Counted from the first letter of the stretch, positions 11,589 through 22,119 are shown. The stretch is DNA of 64,000 nt from Candidatus Hydrogenedentota bacterium (GCA_963745075.1 CAVUWV010000036.1:128001-192000), one strand, 5' to 3'. Made by a program: numbers and translations. Notes: generated from the letters alone by a model not told the origin.

Positions 11589-11621
11589 GTCCATTTCGTC
11601 CATCGAGTCCATACTCTCCAT
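11589..11621. repeat. Degenerate 9-bp tandem repeat
   Basis: GTCCATTTC GTCCATCGA GTCCATACT CTCCAT. Confidence 0.6.
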
Positions 11622-11702
11622 TTCCCTGCGGATCGCTTGTAATATCGGTCGTATGCCGGTAGCCTCAATGCATGATTTATCGTCTAGCGAGAGGGGGATC
11701 CG

Positions 11703-12902
11703 ATGCCAAAGCCACTGGTTTTCATGGCCGCCGTCTTCGCGTTGATCTGCTGCGCGCGCGCTAGCGTCGCGGATAGGGTCCCGATCGGCCCCTTCGATCC
11801 GGAGGCCTCTGCGGACCATCAGCGAATGCTGCAAGCAGCCTTCGATGCAGCGGGTTCCGGTCATCACGTCTTTGTCGTCGCGCCCGGTGCGTATTCATTC
11901 ACCGATCCCAAAGGGGTGCGGTTGCCCGGCGACTGCATTGTCATCCTGCGGGGCGCGCGGTTCGTGTGGGCGGAAGATGTGAACGAGGACGGCCAGACCT
12001 TCCTGTTGGATGGCGTATCGAACGTTACCCTTGAAGGCGGCGCGATCGTTGGCCGCCGCGACGTTCGGGATCCCGGTGTAAACGTTGCCGGCCTGCGCGC
12101 GACCGGGGATTGCCACGATATTCAGATTGCCGATCTCACTTGTCGCGATCTGACCAGCAACGCCTTCGGGTTCTTCGGCAAAGAAGACGTTCCCATGTCC
12201 GGCGTCACGCTGATGCGCGCACATGCCTACAACTGCTGCAACTTCTATGGCGACTACCTTTCCGATCGCGTCGGGCCGGCCGAAGGCAGCGTCCGCGAAG
12301 ACCAGGGCACGGTCGCCATGTACCACGTGAACGACTGGCTCGTGGACGGGTGTTGGTTTGAAGGGTCGCAGTCCGACGGCACGCATTTCTACCACTCCCA
12401 TCGCGGCCGCTTCATGAACTCCGTCGTGCGCGGCAGCAAGATGGGTGGCTATTTCATCGAGGGCTGCGAGGACGTTATCGCCGCGAACAATCACATCGAC
12501 CATAACGGTTCCCGGGGCTGCACCATCGAACGCAACAGCCGCGACTGTCTGCTCGTCAACAATATCGTGTCCGACAGCGGCCGCGAAGGACTCTGGGCGC
12601 CGGACGTGGAAGGCATTCTCGTTGAGAACAACATCTTCCGGACCAACGGCCGCAAGGACGACGCGGACAAAGACTGCGAAGTCCGCATCGACGAAAGCGA
12701 GAAGTTTGAAGTGCAGACGCGCGACATCCGTGTCGAAGGGAACATCTTCTACACCACCCCGGAACAAACCGCCGCCGTGTATCTCAGCGACGGCGTAACC
12801 GATGTCGTCGTCCAGAACAACACGTTTCGCGGCGAAGCACCGGTGGTGTTGTTATCCGAGGAAACAGGGAAAGTGAATACGGTCGCTGCGGAACGGCAAT
12901 GA
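11703..12902 (+). CDS. Secreted right-handed parallel beta-helix protein
   Basis: Signal peptide; repeated PbH1-like units (IAANNHIDHNGSRG, LVNNIVSDSGREG, VENNIFRTNG, VEGNIF). Confidence 0.75.
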   Translation: MPKPLVFMAAVFALICCARASVADRVPIGPFDPEASADHQRMLQAAFDAAGSGHHVFVVAPGAYSFTDPKGVRLPGDCIVILRGARFVWAEDVNEDGQTFLLDGVSNVTLEGGAIVGRRDVRDPGVNVAGLRATGDCHDIQIADLTCRDLTSNAFGFFGKEDVPMSGVTLMRAHAYNCCNFYGDYLSDRVGPAEGSVREDQGTVAMYHVNDWLVDGCWFEGSQSDGTHFYHSHRGRFMNSVVRGSKMGGYFIEGCEDVIAANNHIDHNGSRGCTIERNSRDCLLVNNIVSDSGREGLWAPDVEGILVENNIFRTNGRKDDADKDCEVRIDESEKFEVQTRDIRVEGNIFYTTPEQTAAVYLSDGVTDVVVQNNTFRGEAPVVLLSEETGKVNTVAAERQ

Positions 12903-12994
12903 GGATTTGTTCAGCGACGGCGTGACATGAGGCGTTTCACCATGGCTATCATAGACCGGGTATGCGGACGGAGCAAATACAGGGAGAATTCACA

Positions 12995-14248
12995 ATGCGG
13001 AACCGAACTCAGCCTGGAAGGGCAATAGTTGCGATGCATGTACTTTCCGCACTGGTATGCGCCTTTATCGCAATTCCCGCCGTCGCCGCGAATGGTGAGG
13101 GGTTATGGATGCAGGTGTATTCCTACGACCTGCCGGGCGAGCAGGCGTATTACGACGACCTCACCAAAGCGTATGCCGCCGAACCCGGTTCGCCGTCCGT
13201 GCGCATCACGCTCGAGAAGTGGGACCACGCCCACGATCAGATCGCCGCGTGGTTTGAATCGGGAACCGGACCCGACTTGATCGTCGTGCCGGACATCTGG
13301 CTCGCGGAATTCGCGGACGACATCGAACCGTTCGAGTCCTACGTCGACCCAGCAATGCAAAACGAATTCTTCGACGTCCTCTACCAGAAAGGCATTTACA
13401 AGGGCCATCTGCTCGGCCTGGTGTGGGCCACGTCGACGAAGGCCTTGTTCTACCGCACCGACCTGTTCGAGAAGGCCGGTCTCGAACCACCGAAGACCTG
13501 GGCCGAGGAACTCGGCGCGGCGGTGGCCTTGAACGATCCCCCGAACGTGTACGGCCTCGGACTTCCCGGCGCGCGCGAGTATGAAACCGACGACAATTTC
13601 TTCTTCTACTTCTGGTCCGCGGGCGGACGGTTCTTCGATGCCAACGGCAAGTGCACGCTGAACAGCGACGCGGGCGTGCAGGCCTTACAGTTCTACTGCG
13701 ACCTCGTGAACAAATATCACGTCACCCAACCCGAAGTCACCGCCTGGAACCGGAAACAGACGCGCGGCCTCCTGGAACAAGGCAAGCTCGCCATGTTTGC
13801 CACCGGTCCCTGGGGCATCGAACAGATGCGCAAGAACGCGCCCAGAGTCCCCTTCGCCGTCGTGCCGCTACCCATCCTGAAGGAACCCGTCACGCAGATC
13901 ATCACCGACCATCTGGTGTTGGCCAAGTATTCACCACGCAAAGACGAGGCCGCCCGTTTCGTGCAGTTCGCGTACCAGGATCAGTACCGCCTCGCCTTTG
14001 CGAAGAAGGGCATCCTCCCCGAAAAGAAGGCCGTCGCTGCTGACGCCCACTTCCAGGACGACCCCAACTGGAAAGTCTTTGTCGACGTCATCCCATACGG
14101 CCACACTATCCCGCTCATGCACTGGGAAGAAATCGGCACCGCCATCCGCGAAGCTATGTACCAGGCCCTAACCGGAAGGAAGACGCCAAAGGAAGCCCTT
14201 GATAACTTGGCAACGGAGGTCAACAAACTCGTCGCGGCACAAAAATGA
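12995..14248 (+). CDS. Sugar ABC transporter substrate-binding protein (family 1)
   Basis: Signal peptide; GPDLIVV, ALFYRTDLFEKAGLEPPKTW, GKLAMFATGPW, ALTGRKTPKEALD; start could be 12962. Confidence 0.88.
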   Translation: MRNRTQPGRAIVAMHVLSALVCAFIAIPAVAANGEGLWMQVYSYDLPGEQAYYDDLTKAYAAEPGSPSVRITLEKWDHAHDQIAAWFESGTGPDLIVVPDIWLAEFADDIEPFESYVDPAMQNEFFDVLYQKGIYKGHLLGLVWATSTKALFYRTDLFEKAGLEPPKTWAEELGAAVALNDPPNVYGLGLPGAREYETDDNFFFYFWSAGGRFFDANGKCTLNSDAGVQALQFYCDLVNKYHVTQPEVTAWNRKQTRGLLEQGKLAMFATGPWGIEQMRKNAPRVPFAVVPLPILKEPVTQIITDHLVLAKYSPRKDEAARFVQFAYQDQYRLAFAKKGILPEKKAVAADAHFQDDPNWKVFVDVIPYGHTIPLMHWEEIGTAIREAMYQALTGRKTPKEALDNLATEVNKLVAAQK

Positions 14249-14283
14249 AATGTAGGCGGCGAGTGCGTCATAGCGTCTTTCCG

Positions 14284-15060
14284 TTATCCCACCAGCGCCA
14301 GCACCTCGCGCAGATCCGTAATCTCCCAGCGCGGCGTTACCCCGTTCGCCCGCTCGCGGACGCGATTGATCCACGCACCCGGAATCCCATGCGCCTGCGC
14401 GCCACCGATGTCGCGCGGCAAATTGTTCCCGACCATGATCGCCTCTTCCGCCCGAACCCCCGCAGCGTCCAGCGCAGCATCAAACATCCGGGCGTCCGGC
14501 TTCGAGACCCCGACTTCGCCCGACACGACGACACCTTTGAAGTATGGCGTGAATCCGGCCGCTTCCACTTTCGTCCGCTGATGATGACCGGGGCCGTTTG
14601 TCACCAGCACCAGCGGAAACCGTTCCACCAGCGCGTCGAGCACTTCGAACGTCTCCGGATAGATCCGGTGATGGGCGTGGCGATTCGCGACGTACCGCTC
14701 CAACAATTCGTCGCCCAAGCCATCGTCCTCAATACCGAACGCCGCCAGCCCGTTGCGGAAGAATCCCCGCCGATACCACTCCAGCCACTCGACCATCGCT
14801 TCCGCATGCGGCGCGTTCGCATCATAATCGGCGGACAAGAGATCCGACGACCCTGCGTCGATGGCGCGGAGGTGGTCAATGCCCGGCGCCGTCCGAAACG
14901 CCTCGCGCCCCAGCAAGCGCGCCTTCGCGAAAAACTCATCGACCGGAATTCCGTGCCGCTCCTCCACCGGCGCGCACGCTACCCGGTACGCCGCCACCAG
15001 CGGCCCTTCCTCTTCCATCAATGTATCGTCGAGATCGAAAAACACAGCGCCAACGGACAT
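14284..15060 (-). CDS. HAD-superfamily hydrolase (YjjG/NanP-like)
   Basis: FFDLDDTL, LVTNG, GVSKPD, MVGNNLPRDIGGA. Confidence 0.9.
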   Translation of the reverse strand: MSVGAVFFDLDDTLMEEEGPLVAAYRVACAPVEERHGIPVDEFFAKARLLGREAFRTAPGIDHLRAIDAGSSDLLSADYDANAPHAEAMVEWLEWYRRGFFRNGLAAFGIEDDGLGDELLERYVANRHAHHRIYPETFEVLDALVERFPLVLVTNGPGHHQRTKVEAAGFTPYFKGVVVSGEVGVSKPDARMFDAALDAAGVRAEEAIMVGNNLPRDIGGAQAHGIPGAWINRVRERANGVTPRWEITDLREVLALVG

Positions 15061-15087
15061 TGCATTCCTCTTCGTTACGCGGATGAA

Positions 15088-15801
15088 CTACACCCGCAAC
15101 TCCGCAATCAATGGGGCGTGGTCGGACGCCACCAGCGCCCGCAAAGTACGCCCAAGCCGAACACGTTCCGTCGTGACGTCCGGCGTCACCCAAAAATAGT
15201 CCAACCGCCGCAGCCCCATCCACGTGGCAAGAGCCCGTCCGTTTTCACGGGCGGCATCCTTCAGGCACTGGCCGAGCTTTCCATACAGGGCGCTGGACGG
15301 ACCAAAGTTCAGATCGCCGCACAGAATTCCCGGCGGGTGAAACGCTTCGTTTCGTATCCACGCGTCGCTCAGCAAAACGTCCAACTGATCGGCCTGACAG
15401 GACCGCTGGAAATCCAGGTGCGTGTTCACGATCTGAACCTTCCGGCGCCGCACGACGATTTCCACCCAATGTGCGCCGCGGGGTTCATGAAAACCGCGCG
15501 CGGGCAGGGGCGCCGATTTCACATGACGCATGGGCAACCGGCTGAGGATCGCGGAACCGTACTCGCCCTCTTCCCAGTGTGCGGCGGGGCTGAAATAGTG
15601 GTCCATTTCCAGCCGATCGGCCAAATGGCTCGCCTGGCCGATGAAATCAGAACGCGACCGGCCCGCGTCCAGTTCCTGCAATGCGATCACGTCCGCGTCG
15701 CACGCCTCGAGTACACGGGCGATCCGGGCTTCGCTCCGGCGTCCGTCAAGGCCTTTGCAGCCATGTACGTTGTACGTGACTAGGGTCAACCGCTCACCCA
15801 T
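15088..15801 (-). CDS. Endonuclease/exonuclease/phosphatase (EEP) family protein
   Basis: TYNVHG, DVIALQE, NTHL, CGDLN, LDYFW, ASDHAPL; start overlaps upstream gene stop. Confidence 0.9.
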   Translation of the reverse strand: MGERLTLVTYNVHGCKGLDGRRSEARIARVLEACDADVIALQELDAGRSRSDFIGQASHLADRLEMDHYFSPAAHWEEGEYGSAILSRLPMRHVKSAPLPARGFHEPRGAHWVEIVVRRRKVQIVNTHLDFQRSCQADQLDVLLSDAWIRNEAFHPPGILCGDLNFGPSSALYGKLGQCLKDAARENGRALATWMGLRRLDYFWVTPDVTTERVRLGRTLRALVASDHAPLIAELRV

Positions 15802-17608
15802 CGGCGGCCTCCCCGTCATCGGAGTGGTAATAGTTGTCGCGTAACCGTTCGTGTAGCGAACGCAACGTTAACCGCTCCCCGTCAGAATCAAACACTTCCG
15901 GCCATATCGGCGCGGCCCGGCGCGGCACCACGATAAACGGCGTCAGTTCCGGCCGGGACGGACCCGCGTGGGCACCCCGTTCGTAGGAATAGGTAATGAC
16001 GGGTCCTGTCCTGGATCGGTGCCCAAAAATCAAAATATCGCCGGCCGATGGCATGTTCGCCCAGCGACATAACCCGTCGCGGTTTCCCCGGAGCAGTTCA
16101 CTCAACTCCGGCAATCCCGCAGTCGCCATGGCGTCGGCGTCATCAATTTCGAACCACATTCCCGCAGCGCCCACTTTCGCACCCCCATTACGCGTTCGGA
16201 TCAGCGAAAAGCCAATGCCCTCGTGGCGGGCCAACTCCTCCAGAAACTCCGGGAAACGGCCGCCCCACACTTCGAAGTCAACCGGACCGGTCACTCCTTC
16301 GAGGTACAGTCCGGCCACCGGCCCCGTGGATACAAACTTCAGTCGCGGCGATTCCGGCGACCCGATTTCACGTCCGTCGTGGGCGTATGCCTCCTGTGCC
16401 GCGCGAAGGAGCCGGTCGTACAAGCGCCGGAGCGGGCCGGGCAGCAGTTCCCGCACTTCGTGGGCGTAGCCGGCCTGACGTTTGATGCGCGACAGGTCGC
16501 GACGGCCCCGCTGCCCTTTAATGAGCCGGCCTCTGCCGAGCCGTTCCTGGTCCCGTTGGGTCCGTGCGTCCTTTCGAACATCGTCCGTTTCCCCGTGAAG
16601 TATGTCGAAGAGCAGTTCAAAATGCCGCGCGGGCTCTTGACCGAAGCGTTCCTGAAAGGGCACGGAGGGAACCTGCCCGTGGTCGCTCCAAACGTAAAGA
16701 TCGTACTGACGCACACCGTCGTGCTCGGCCCGCTGTATTGCGTCGTACACGCGATGTACCGACGCGTCCAGCCCTTTCAACGTCCACTGCGCGAACGCGC
16801 TGTTGGGTCCACGATGATGGGCGTGCTCGTCGTAGCCCAGATAATTCACGTAGATCGGACCGACACCCCGCCGGATATCCAGAATCGCGGCCAACGTCGC
16901 AATCTCGCGGCACAACACCACGCACGCAATTCGCGGAAACAGAAACTGAAACTCTAGAAACTTATTGTGTTGCGAGAATAGTCCGTACACCAGGTCAAAC
17001 AAGGCCACTACGACTTCAACAGATGCGTAATACACAAGTCGTGCGAGCAACACGAACTGGGAGACCACGAAGAGTAGGATCCAACGGGGGCGCGTACCCA
17101 CGTTCAAACTGGGCCGAAACAGTCGCGAGAAGGTAAGCAGCGTATCGCGCGCCCCGCCCGTGAAGATCGCCGTGTACGCGGCACCTCGGTCGAGCAGGCC
17201 GCGAAAAGGGGACACACGTTTGCTCAACGCGTCTTCAATCCCCGCAACGTCGTCAACGGCATTGAGATGAATCTCTGTATGTCTCTCCTTGTCGTACCAG
17301 AAGAACCCGGGTACATCGTGGTTGTCCCCGTAGAAGAGCCCCGACTGAAACGCCCCCGTCGAGGCCGGCAACATGGACCGCCACGGGACGGCCACGGCCC
17401 TGTCCGAAGCGAGTAGCTTCGCGATAAACGGCAATTGGCCGTCCTTCACCGCCTTGATAAATTCGGCATGGCTCAATCCGTCGATTTGGAGCAGCACGCA
17501 GGATCGGCCTTCCCGATGCTCGGGCATCTCGTACGCGAGACCCAGATACCGGAGCAAACGAAACGGCGGTGATTCGGCTCGGGATGTCTGGTCGAAAGGT
17601 TCAGCCAT
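15794..17608 (-). CDS. Alkaline phosphatase superfamily protein (type I phosphodiesterase-like)
   Basis: LQIDGLSH, PASTGAFQ, NYLGYDEHAHHRGP, WSDHGQ, GAHAGP; ORF upstream of 17608 overlaps the tRNA and is not coding. Confidence 0.85.
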   Translation of the reverse strand: MAEPFDQTSRAESPPFRLLRYLGLAYEMPEHREGRSCVLLQIDGLSHAEFIKAVKDGQLPFIAKLLASDRAVAVPWRSMLPASTGAFQSGLFYGDNHDVPGFFWYDKERHTEIHLNAVDDVAGIEDALSKRVSPFRGLLDRGAAYTAIFTGGARDTLLTFSRLFRPSLNVGTRPRWILLFVVSQFVLLARLVYYASVEVVVALFDLVYGLFSQHNKFLEFQFLFPRIACVVLCREIATLAAILDIRRGVGPIYVNYLGYDEHAHHRGPNSAFAQWTLKGLDASVHRVYDAIQRAEHDGVRQYDLYVWSDHGQVPSVPFQERFGQEPARHFELLFDILHGETDDVRKDARTQRDQERLGRGRLIKGQRGRRDLSRIKRQAGYAHEVRELLPGPLRRLYDRLLRAAQEAYAHDGREIGSPESPRLKFVSTGPVAGLYLEGVTGPVDFEVWGGRFPEFLEELARHEGIGFSLIRTRNGGAKVGAAGMWFEIDDADAMATAGLPELSELLRGNRDGLCRWANMPSAGDILIFGHRSRTGPVITYSYERGAHAGPSRPELTPFIVVPRRAAPIWPEVFDSDGERLTLRSLHERLRDNYYHSDDGEAADG

Positions 17609-17685
17609 GAGATCATCGTACCAGATGCGTGCGGCCTCGGTAGAGCGACCGGTGGCGGGCCATGTGGCACAGCCTGAAACAAAAA

Positions 17686-17763
<78 letters not shown>

Positions 17764-18064
17764 GCCGAAGAACGGATGGCGCACTGCCGGAAACCACTAC
17801 GTGAAATGCGAAACCAGCCTGCAATTCCTGAATAAAAACGCAACAATACCCTGCGCGACAGCGCAAAGCGGTCCGTATAGTCGCATACTCCGGGAACCCA
17901 AGTCAACGCGCGCGTGCCACAGCACGCCACAACACGGAGATCCGCCAGCCGGCCGCCCCAGCCCGCAAGGCCTTGCATACCCATGGCTTTTGACCGAACC
18001 CGCGAATTGGAGTACCGTTGCACGGGTTGGCGATTGGATTGCGACTTCGGGGAGCTTGACCGTC

Positions 18065-19450
18065 ATGGGCGATGAACAGAAAAAGCGGGGATGCTTTCGG
18101 TTTGTGCTGCGGTGGACCTTTCGGGTGGCCGCGCTGGTCGTGGTATTTGTGGTGTGCGCGTTCCTATACGTATTCCGGGGCGCGCTTTACGACCGGTTCT
18201 ACTACTTTCCCCGCGACGCGGCCGCCTGGGACGCAATCCGGGCCGACCGGGTCCCGCCTTCGCTGGATGACGGATGGACGGAATTCCGCGGCGCTTGCCA
18301 CAGCCATTCGGAGTTGTCGCACGACAGCGAGGTCCCGTTCCCGGAGATTTTGCAAGCCGCGAAAGATGCCGACATCAGCTTCATTTGTATGTCCGACCAC
18401 TGTGACGATGGCAAGGCGGACTTTTCCAAGGGGTGGGAAGGTCTCCACGACGGCGTGTTGTTCGTTCGCGGCTACGAAATGAGCTACGGATTTATGCCAT
18501 GGGGGCTGCCGCCGAATACGGTGCTGGATTGCGGCGAAGACCCAGAGAAACTCGCCAAAGAAATCGTCGACAAGGGCGGCGTGCTTTTCATCGCCCACTC
18601 CGAAGAAGAGCGGGACTGGGATCTTCCCGAGATCTCGGGCATGGAGATCTACAACATCCACACCGACTTCAAAGGGGAAGGCCTTTCCGAGATGGCGCCC
18701 GACATCATTCTGTCGCTGCGCAAGTATCCCGACCAGGTGCTGCGAACGATCTACGATCCGCAAATTGATATCCTCAAACTCTGGGACGATCTCAACAAGA
18801 ATCGGTACATGGCGGGGATATCCGCCAACGACGCCCATCAGAACAATGGTTTCCGCGGATACTACACGGACCAAGACACGTTCTTGCTCCGCATGACCAG
18901 CGACGACACGGTGGGGGAGTGGAAGTTGAACTTCCTGACTCGGCCGCTGTTGCGTTGGGCGTTCGGTCCGTTGACGCCGGGCGAACAACTGTTCCGCGTC
19001 GATCTTGACCCCTACGCGCGCAGCCTGCGGTTTGTAAACAATCACGTGCTGGCCGAAAATCTCACCCAGGAGGACATCCTCGATGCGCTGAGCAAAGGCC
19101 GGTCCTTCATCGCATTCGACATGATCGCCGACGCGCGCGGGTTTGTCTTCTTCGCCGACGACGGCGATCGCAAGTTCGTCATGGGTCAGGAAGTGCCCAT
19201 GCAGGAAGGACTGGTCTTCCGCGCGGCCTCACCGAACCTCGTGCGCTTCAAGCTCTTTTCCAACGGCGAATTGATCGACACGCAAGAAGGCCGCGAATAT
19301 GAGTACAAAGTGCCGTACGCCGGCAAATACCGGCTTGAGGCCGACCTGCTGATTCTCGATACCTGGACCCCTTGGGTGTACACCAATCCCATCGTCGTCG
19401 GGCCTTCCGCGAACAACAGCACGCACGACAAACCACCCTACAAGATCTAG
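18065..19450 (+). CDS. Membrane-anchored PHP-fold metallohydrolase
   Basis: N-terminal TM; GACHSHSELSHDS, MSDH, IAHSEE, EIYNIH, ANDAH. Confidence 0.75.
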   Translation: MGDEQKKRGCFRFVLRWTFRVAALVVVFVVCAFLYVFRGALYDRFYYFPRDAAAWDAIRADRVPPSLDDGWTEFRGACHSHSELSHDSEVPFPEILQAAKDADISFICMSDHCDDGKADFSKGWEGLHDGVLFVRGYEMSYGFMPWGLPPNTVLDCGEDPEKLAKEIVDKGGVLFIAHSEEERDWDLPEISGMEIYNIHTDFKGEGLSEMAPDIILSLRKYPDQVLRTIYDPQIDILKLWDDLNKNRYMAGISANDAHQNNGFRGYYTDQDTFLLRMTSDDTVGEWKLNFLTRPLLRWAFGPLTPGEQLFRVDLDPYARSLRFVNNHVLAENLTQEDILDALSKGRSFIAFDMIADARGFVFFADDGDRKFVMGQEVPMQEGLVFRAASPNLVRFKLFSNGELIDTQEGREYEYKVPYAGKYRLEADLLILDTWTPWVYTNPIVVGPSANNSTHDKPPYKI

Positions 19451-20756
19451 ATGCCCACGCTCAGCGTAGTCATGATCGTGAAGAACGAGGCGCAGTGCCT
19501 CGCGGACTGCCTGAGAAGTGTCCACGACATCGCGGACGAGATCGTCGTAGGCGACACCGGTTCAACGGACGAGACCGTCGCCATTGCCCGGGGTTTCGAC
19601 GCACGCGTGATTTTCGTCGAGTGGCACAACGACTTCGCCGAAGCGCGCAACGAAGTGCTTCGTGCCGCCACCGGCGACTGGTTGTTTCATATGGACGCCG
19701 ACGAAGTCGTCGATCCCCAGGGCGCGAAGCGTATCCGCGCTATGGTGGATGCGGACGGCGACGGCGCGGATGCCATTGAAGTGACGCTGGCGAACTACTG
19801 CGACACGCCCCGCGCCTGGCGATGGGTGGCCGCGGCGCCACACGACCCGTACGCGCGAGGCAAGTCCGGGTATATTGCCGTAGGATTGCTCCGCCTGTTC
19901 CGCAATCGCCGCGGCTACGAATACCGCGAACCCGTGCACGAGAACATCACGGAGAGCGTGGAAGAAGCCAAGGGCGTCATCGTTCCCCAGCCCATTCTCA
20001 TTCATCACTACGGCTACGAAGGCCCTACGGACAATGAAAAGGCGCGGAACTATTTATCGATCGCCCGCGAGAAAGCCGTGCAACGGCCGGACGATCCGAA
20101 AGGCGTGGCACGATTTATCGGAGCAACTGTTGTCGCTCGGCCACACGGACGAAGCCGAAGCGGCGGCACGGCATGCGCTGGCATTGGAGCCGGAGCATCT
20201 CGGCGCGGCGACGACGCTCGGAAACATCCTGCTGAACCAGGGCGATTTGGACGAGGCGAGCGCCTTGTTCCTGCGCTTGGAAGCGGACGGCACCTCTCCG
20301 CCCCACGTGACGACCGCGCTGGCCGCCATTGCCTGCCGCCAGGGGCGCGTAAACGAAGCGCTGGAACGGTTGGAAGCGGTCGTCACAACGGTGCCCGGCC
20401 ATGTGATGGCACGATTATATCTCGCGCGCGCGTTGGACTTGGCGGGCCGCGCGGCCGAGGCGCGAGAACAACTCGACGCGCTGCGGAACACCGCACCCCG
20501 GCTCATCGAAGTGCAACAGCGCCTCCAGGCCCACGAACTGCGGACCACCGGGGAGAACCAAGCGCGGCACGGCGATGCCCAATCGGCCCTGGCCGCATTC
20601 GTCGCCGCCCTGAAACTCGATCCCGAGGATCCGCTGCTCCATCTCGACGTCGGCGTCGTGGCGGCGGCGCTGGGACAAACGGAAGGGGCCGACCGGTCCT
20701 TCGCCCGTGCTTCCCGGCTGGCAGCGAGTTTGGCGGGAATCCGGGCGTTCTTGTGA
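19451..20756 (+). CDS. GT2 glycosyltransferase with C-terminal TPR repeats (indel near 20100)
   Basis: LSVVMIVKNE, DTGSTD, WHNDFAEARN, MDADE, VHE, IHHYGY; TPR-like repeats continue in ORF 20034-20756. Confidence 0.85.
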
Positions 20757-20787
20757 CACGCGTCGACCGCGCCAGAATCGCGGGGAA

Positions 20788-21768
20788 CTACCAGCGGACG
20801 ATGGAAGACGCCCACGTCAACCCGGCGCCGAAGGACGCGAGCAGGACGAGGTCGCCTTCTTTGATGCGCCCGTCGCGGACGGCTTCATCGAGGGCGATGG
20901 GAATGGAAGCGGCGACGGTGTTGGCCACGCGGTCGATGTTGGATACCACGCGATCCGGACCGAAGCCGAGGCGCTGGCCCACGGCCTCCGTGATCCGAAC
21001 GTTGGCTTGATGAGGCACGAAGTAGTCGATGTCATCCAGCGAAACGCCGGCGGCTTCGCAGGCCACTTTGGCGGCTGCAACGAACTCCACGACGGCGCGT
21101 TTGAATAGTTCCTTCCCCTTCATGTGGATCGTGTTGAGATCGGTGTCTACCGTGTCGCGCTTCGCAGGAATAACCGAACCGCCCACGGGCAGCCACAGGA
21201 TTTCACGCCCGGAGCCATCCGCCCACAGGTGCGTCGTCAACACCCCGCGGTCGCCTTCTTCGCCGCGCAGCACGACCGCGCCCGCGCCATCCCCGAACAA
21301 CACGGCGGTGTCGCGTTTCGTGAAATTGATCCGGTTGGTGGCGACCTCGGAGGCCACGATCAGCACCGTCTCGTATTGGCCGCTCCGAATGAACGCGTCC
21401 CCGGTAGATAAGCCGTACATGAAACCGGAGCACGCGGCGTTCACGTCAAAGGCGGGAGTATTGGCAAGCCCAAGTTTTTCCTGAAGCACGCACGATGCCG
21501 CCGGGAATACGTAGTCGCTCGTCGTCGTGCAGAACAGGATAATGTCGACGTCGGAAACCGACAGGCCGGCCGCTTCCAGGGCGCGCAAGGCGGCGGGGAC
21601 GCCGATATCGGAAGGTCCCTGGCCGTCCTCGACAATGTAGCGCTGCTGAATGCCGGTGCGCTGCCGCACCCACGCGTCGGTGGTGTCGCAGACCTTTTCG
21701 AGATCTGCGTTAGTCAATACTTTTTCCGGAAAATTGTGGCCGGTGCCAACGATTCGTGTCCGAAACAT
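20788..21768 (-). CDS. fabH: Beta-ketoacyl-ACP synthase III
   Basis: AACSGF, LFGDGAGA, VPHQAN, ANTVAASIP, FGAGLTW. Confidence 0.95.
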   Translation of the reverse strand: MFRTRIVGTGHNFPEKVLTNADLEKVCDTTDAWVRQRTGIQQRYIVEDGQGPSDIGVPAALRALEAAGLSVSDVDIILFCTTTSDYVFPAASCVLQEKLGLANTPAFDVNAACSGFMYGLSTGDAFIRSGQYETVLIVASEVATNRINFTKRDTAVLFGDGAGAVVLRGEEGDRGVLTTHLWADGSGREILWLPVGGSVIPAKRDTVDTDLNTIHMKGKELFKRAVVEFVAAAKVACEAAGVSLDDIDYFVPHQANVRITEAVGQRLGFGPDRVVSNIDRVANTVAASIPIALDEAVRDGRIKEGDLVLLASFGAGLTWASSIVRW

Positions 21769-21938
21769 GCGCGACTCTCCATGACTCGCCCGCCGGCATT
21801 CGATAGGTGTGGTGGGCGAGTAACCGGGCCCGCCGCGAGGCAGTCACGCTCCCTGCGACTGCCCGAACGCACCATGCCGCATCCCGGCTTCGCTGAGGTG
21901 TGTTGGAGTGGGGACCCGGACTCGTAGGCCGAAGGGTA
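21769..21938 (-). promoter_or_regulatory. Putative extended -10 promoter and structured 5' leader of fabH
   Basis: TGG-TACCCT (21933-21941); four predicted helices between it and the GGAGAG RBS. Confidence 0.4.
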
Positions 21939-22119
21939 CCACATTTGCCGCACCGGTTCCAGATGACGGCGCGCATTTCGACCTCGCAACCGGCGCCGAA
22001 CAAACCTGACTGACGGTCTTCACCGACGGCCTGGCGACACGCCGCCCCGTTTCATCGTCGCGGCCGAATCGAGGGAGATTCGGAGGTGTTCGGTCCCGGC
22101 GTCGACGGACCATGCAATC

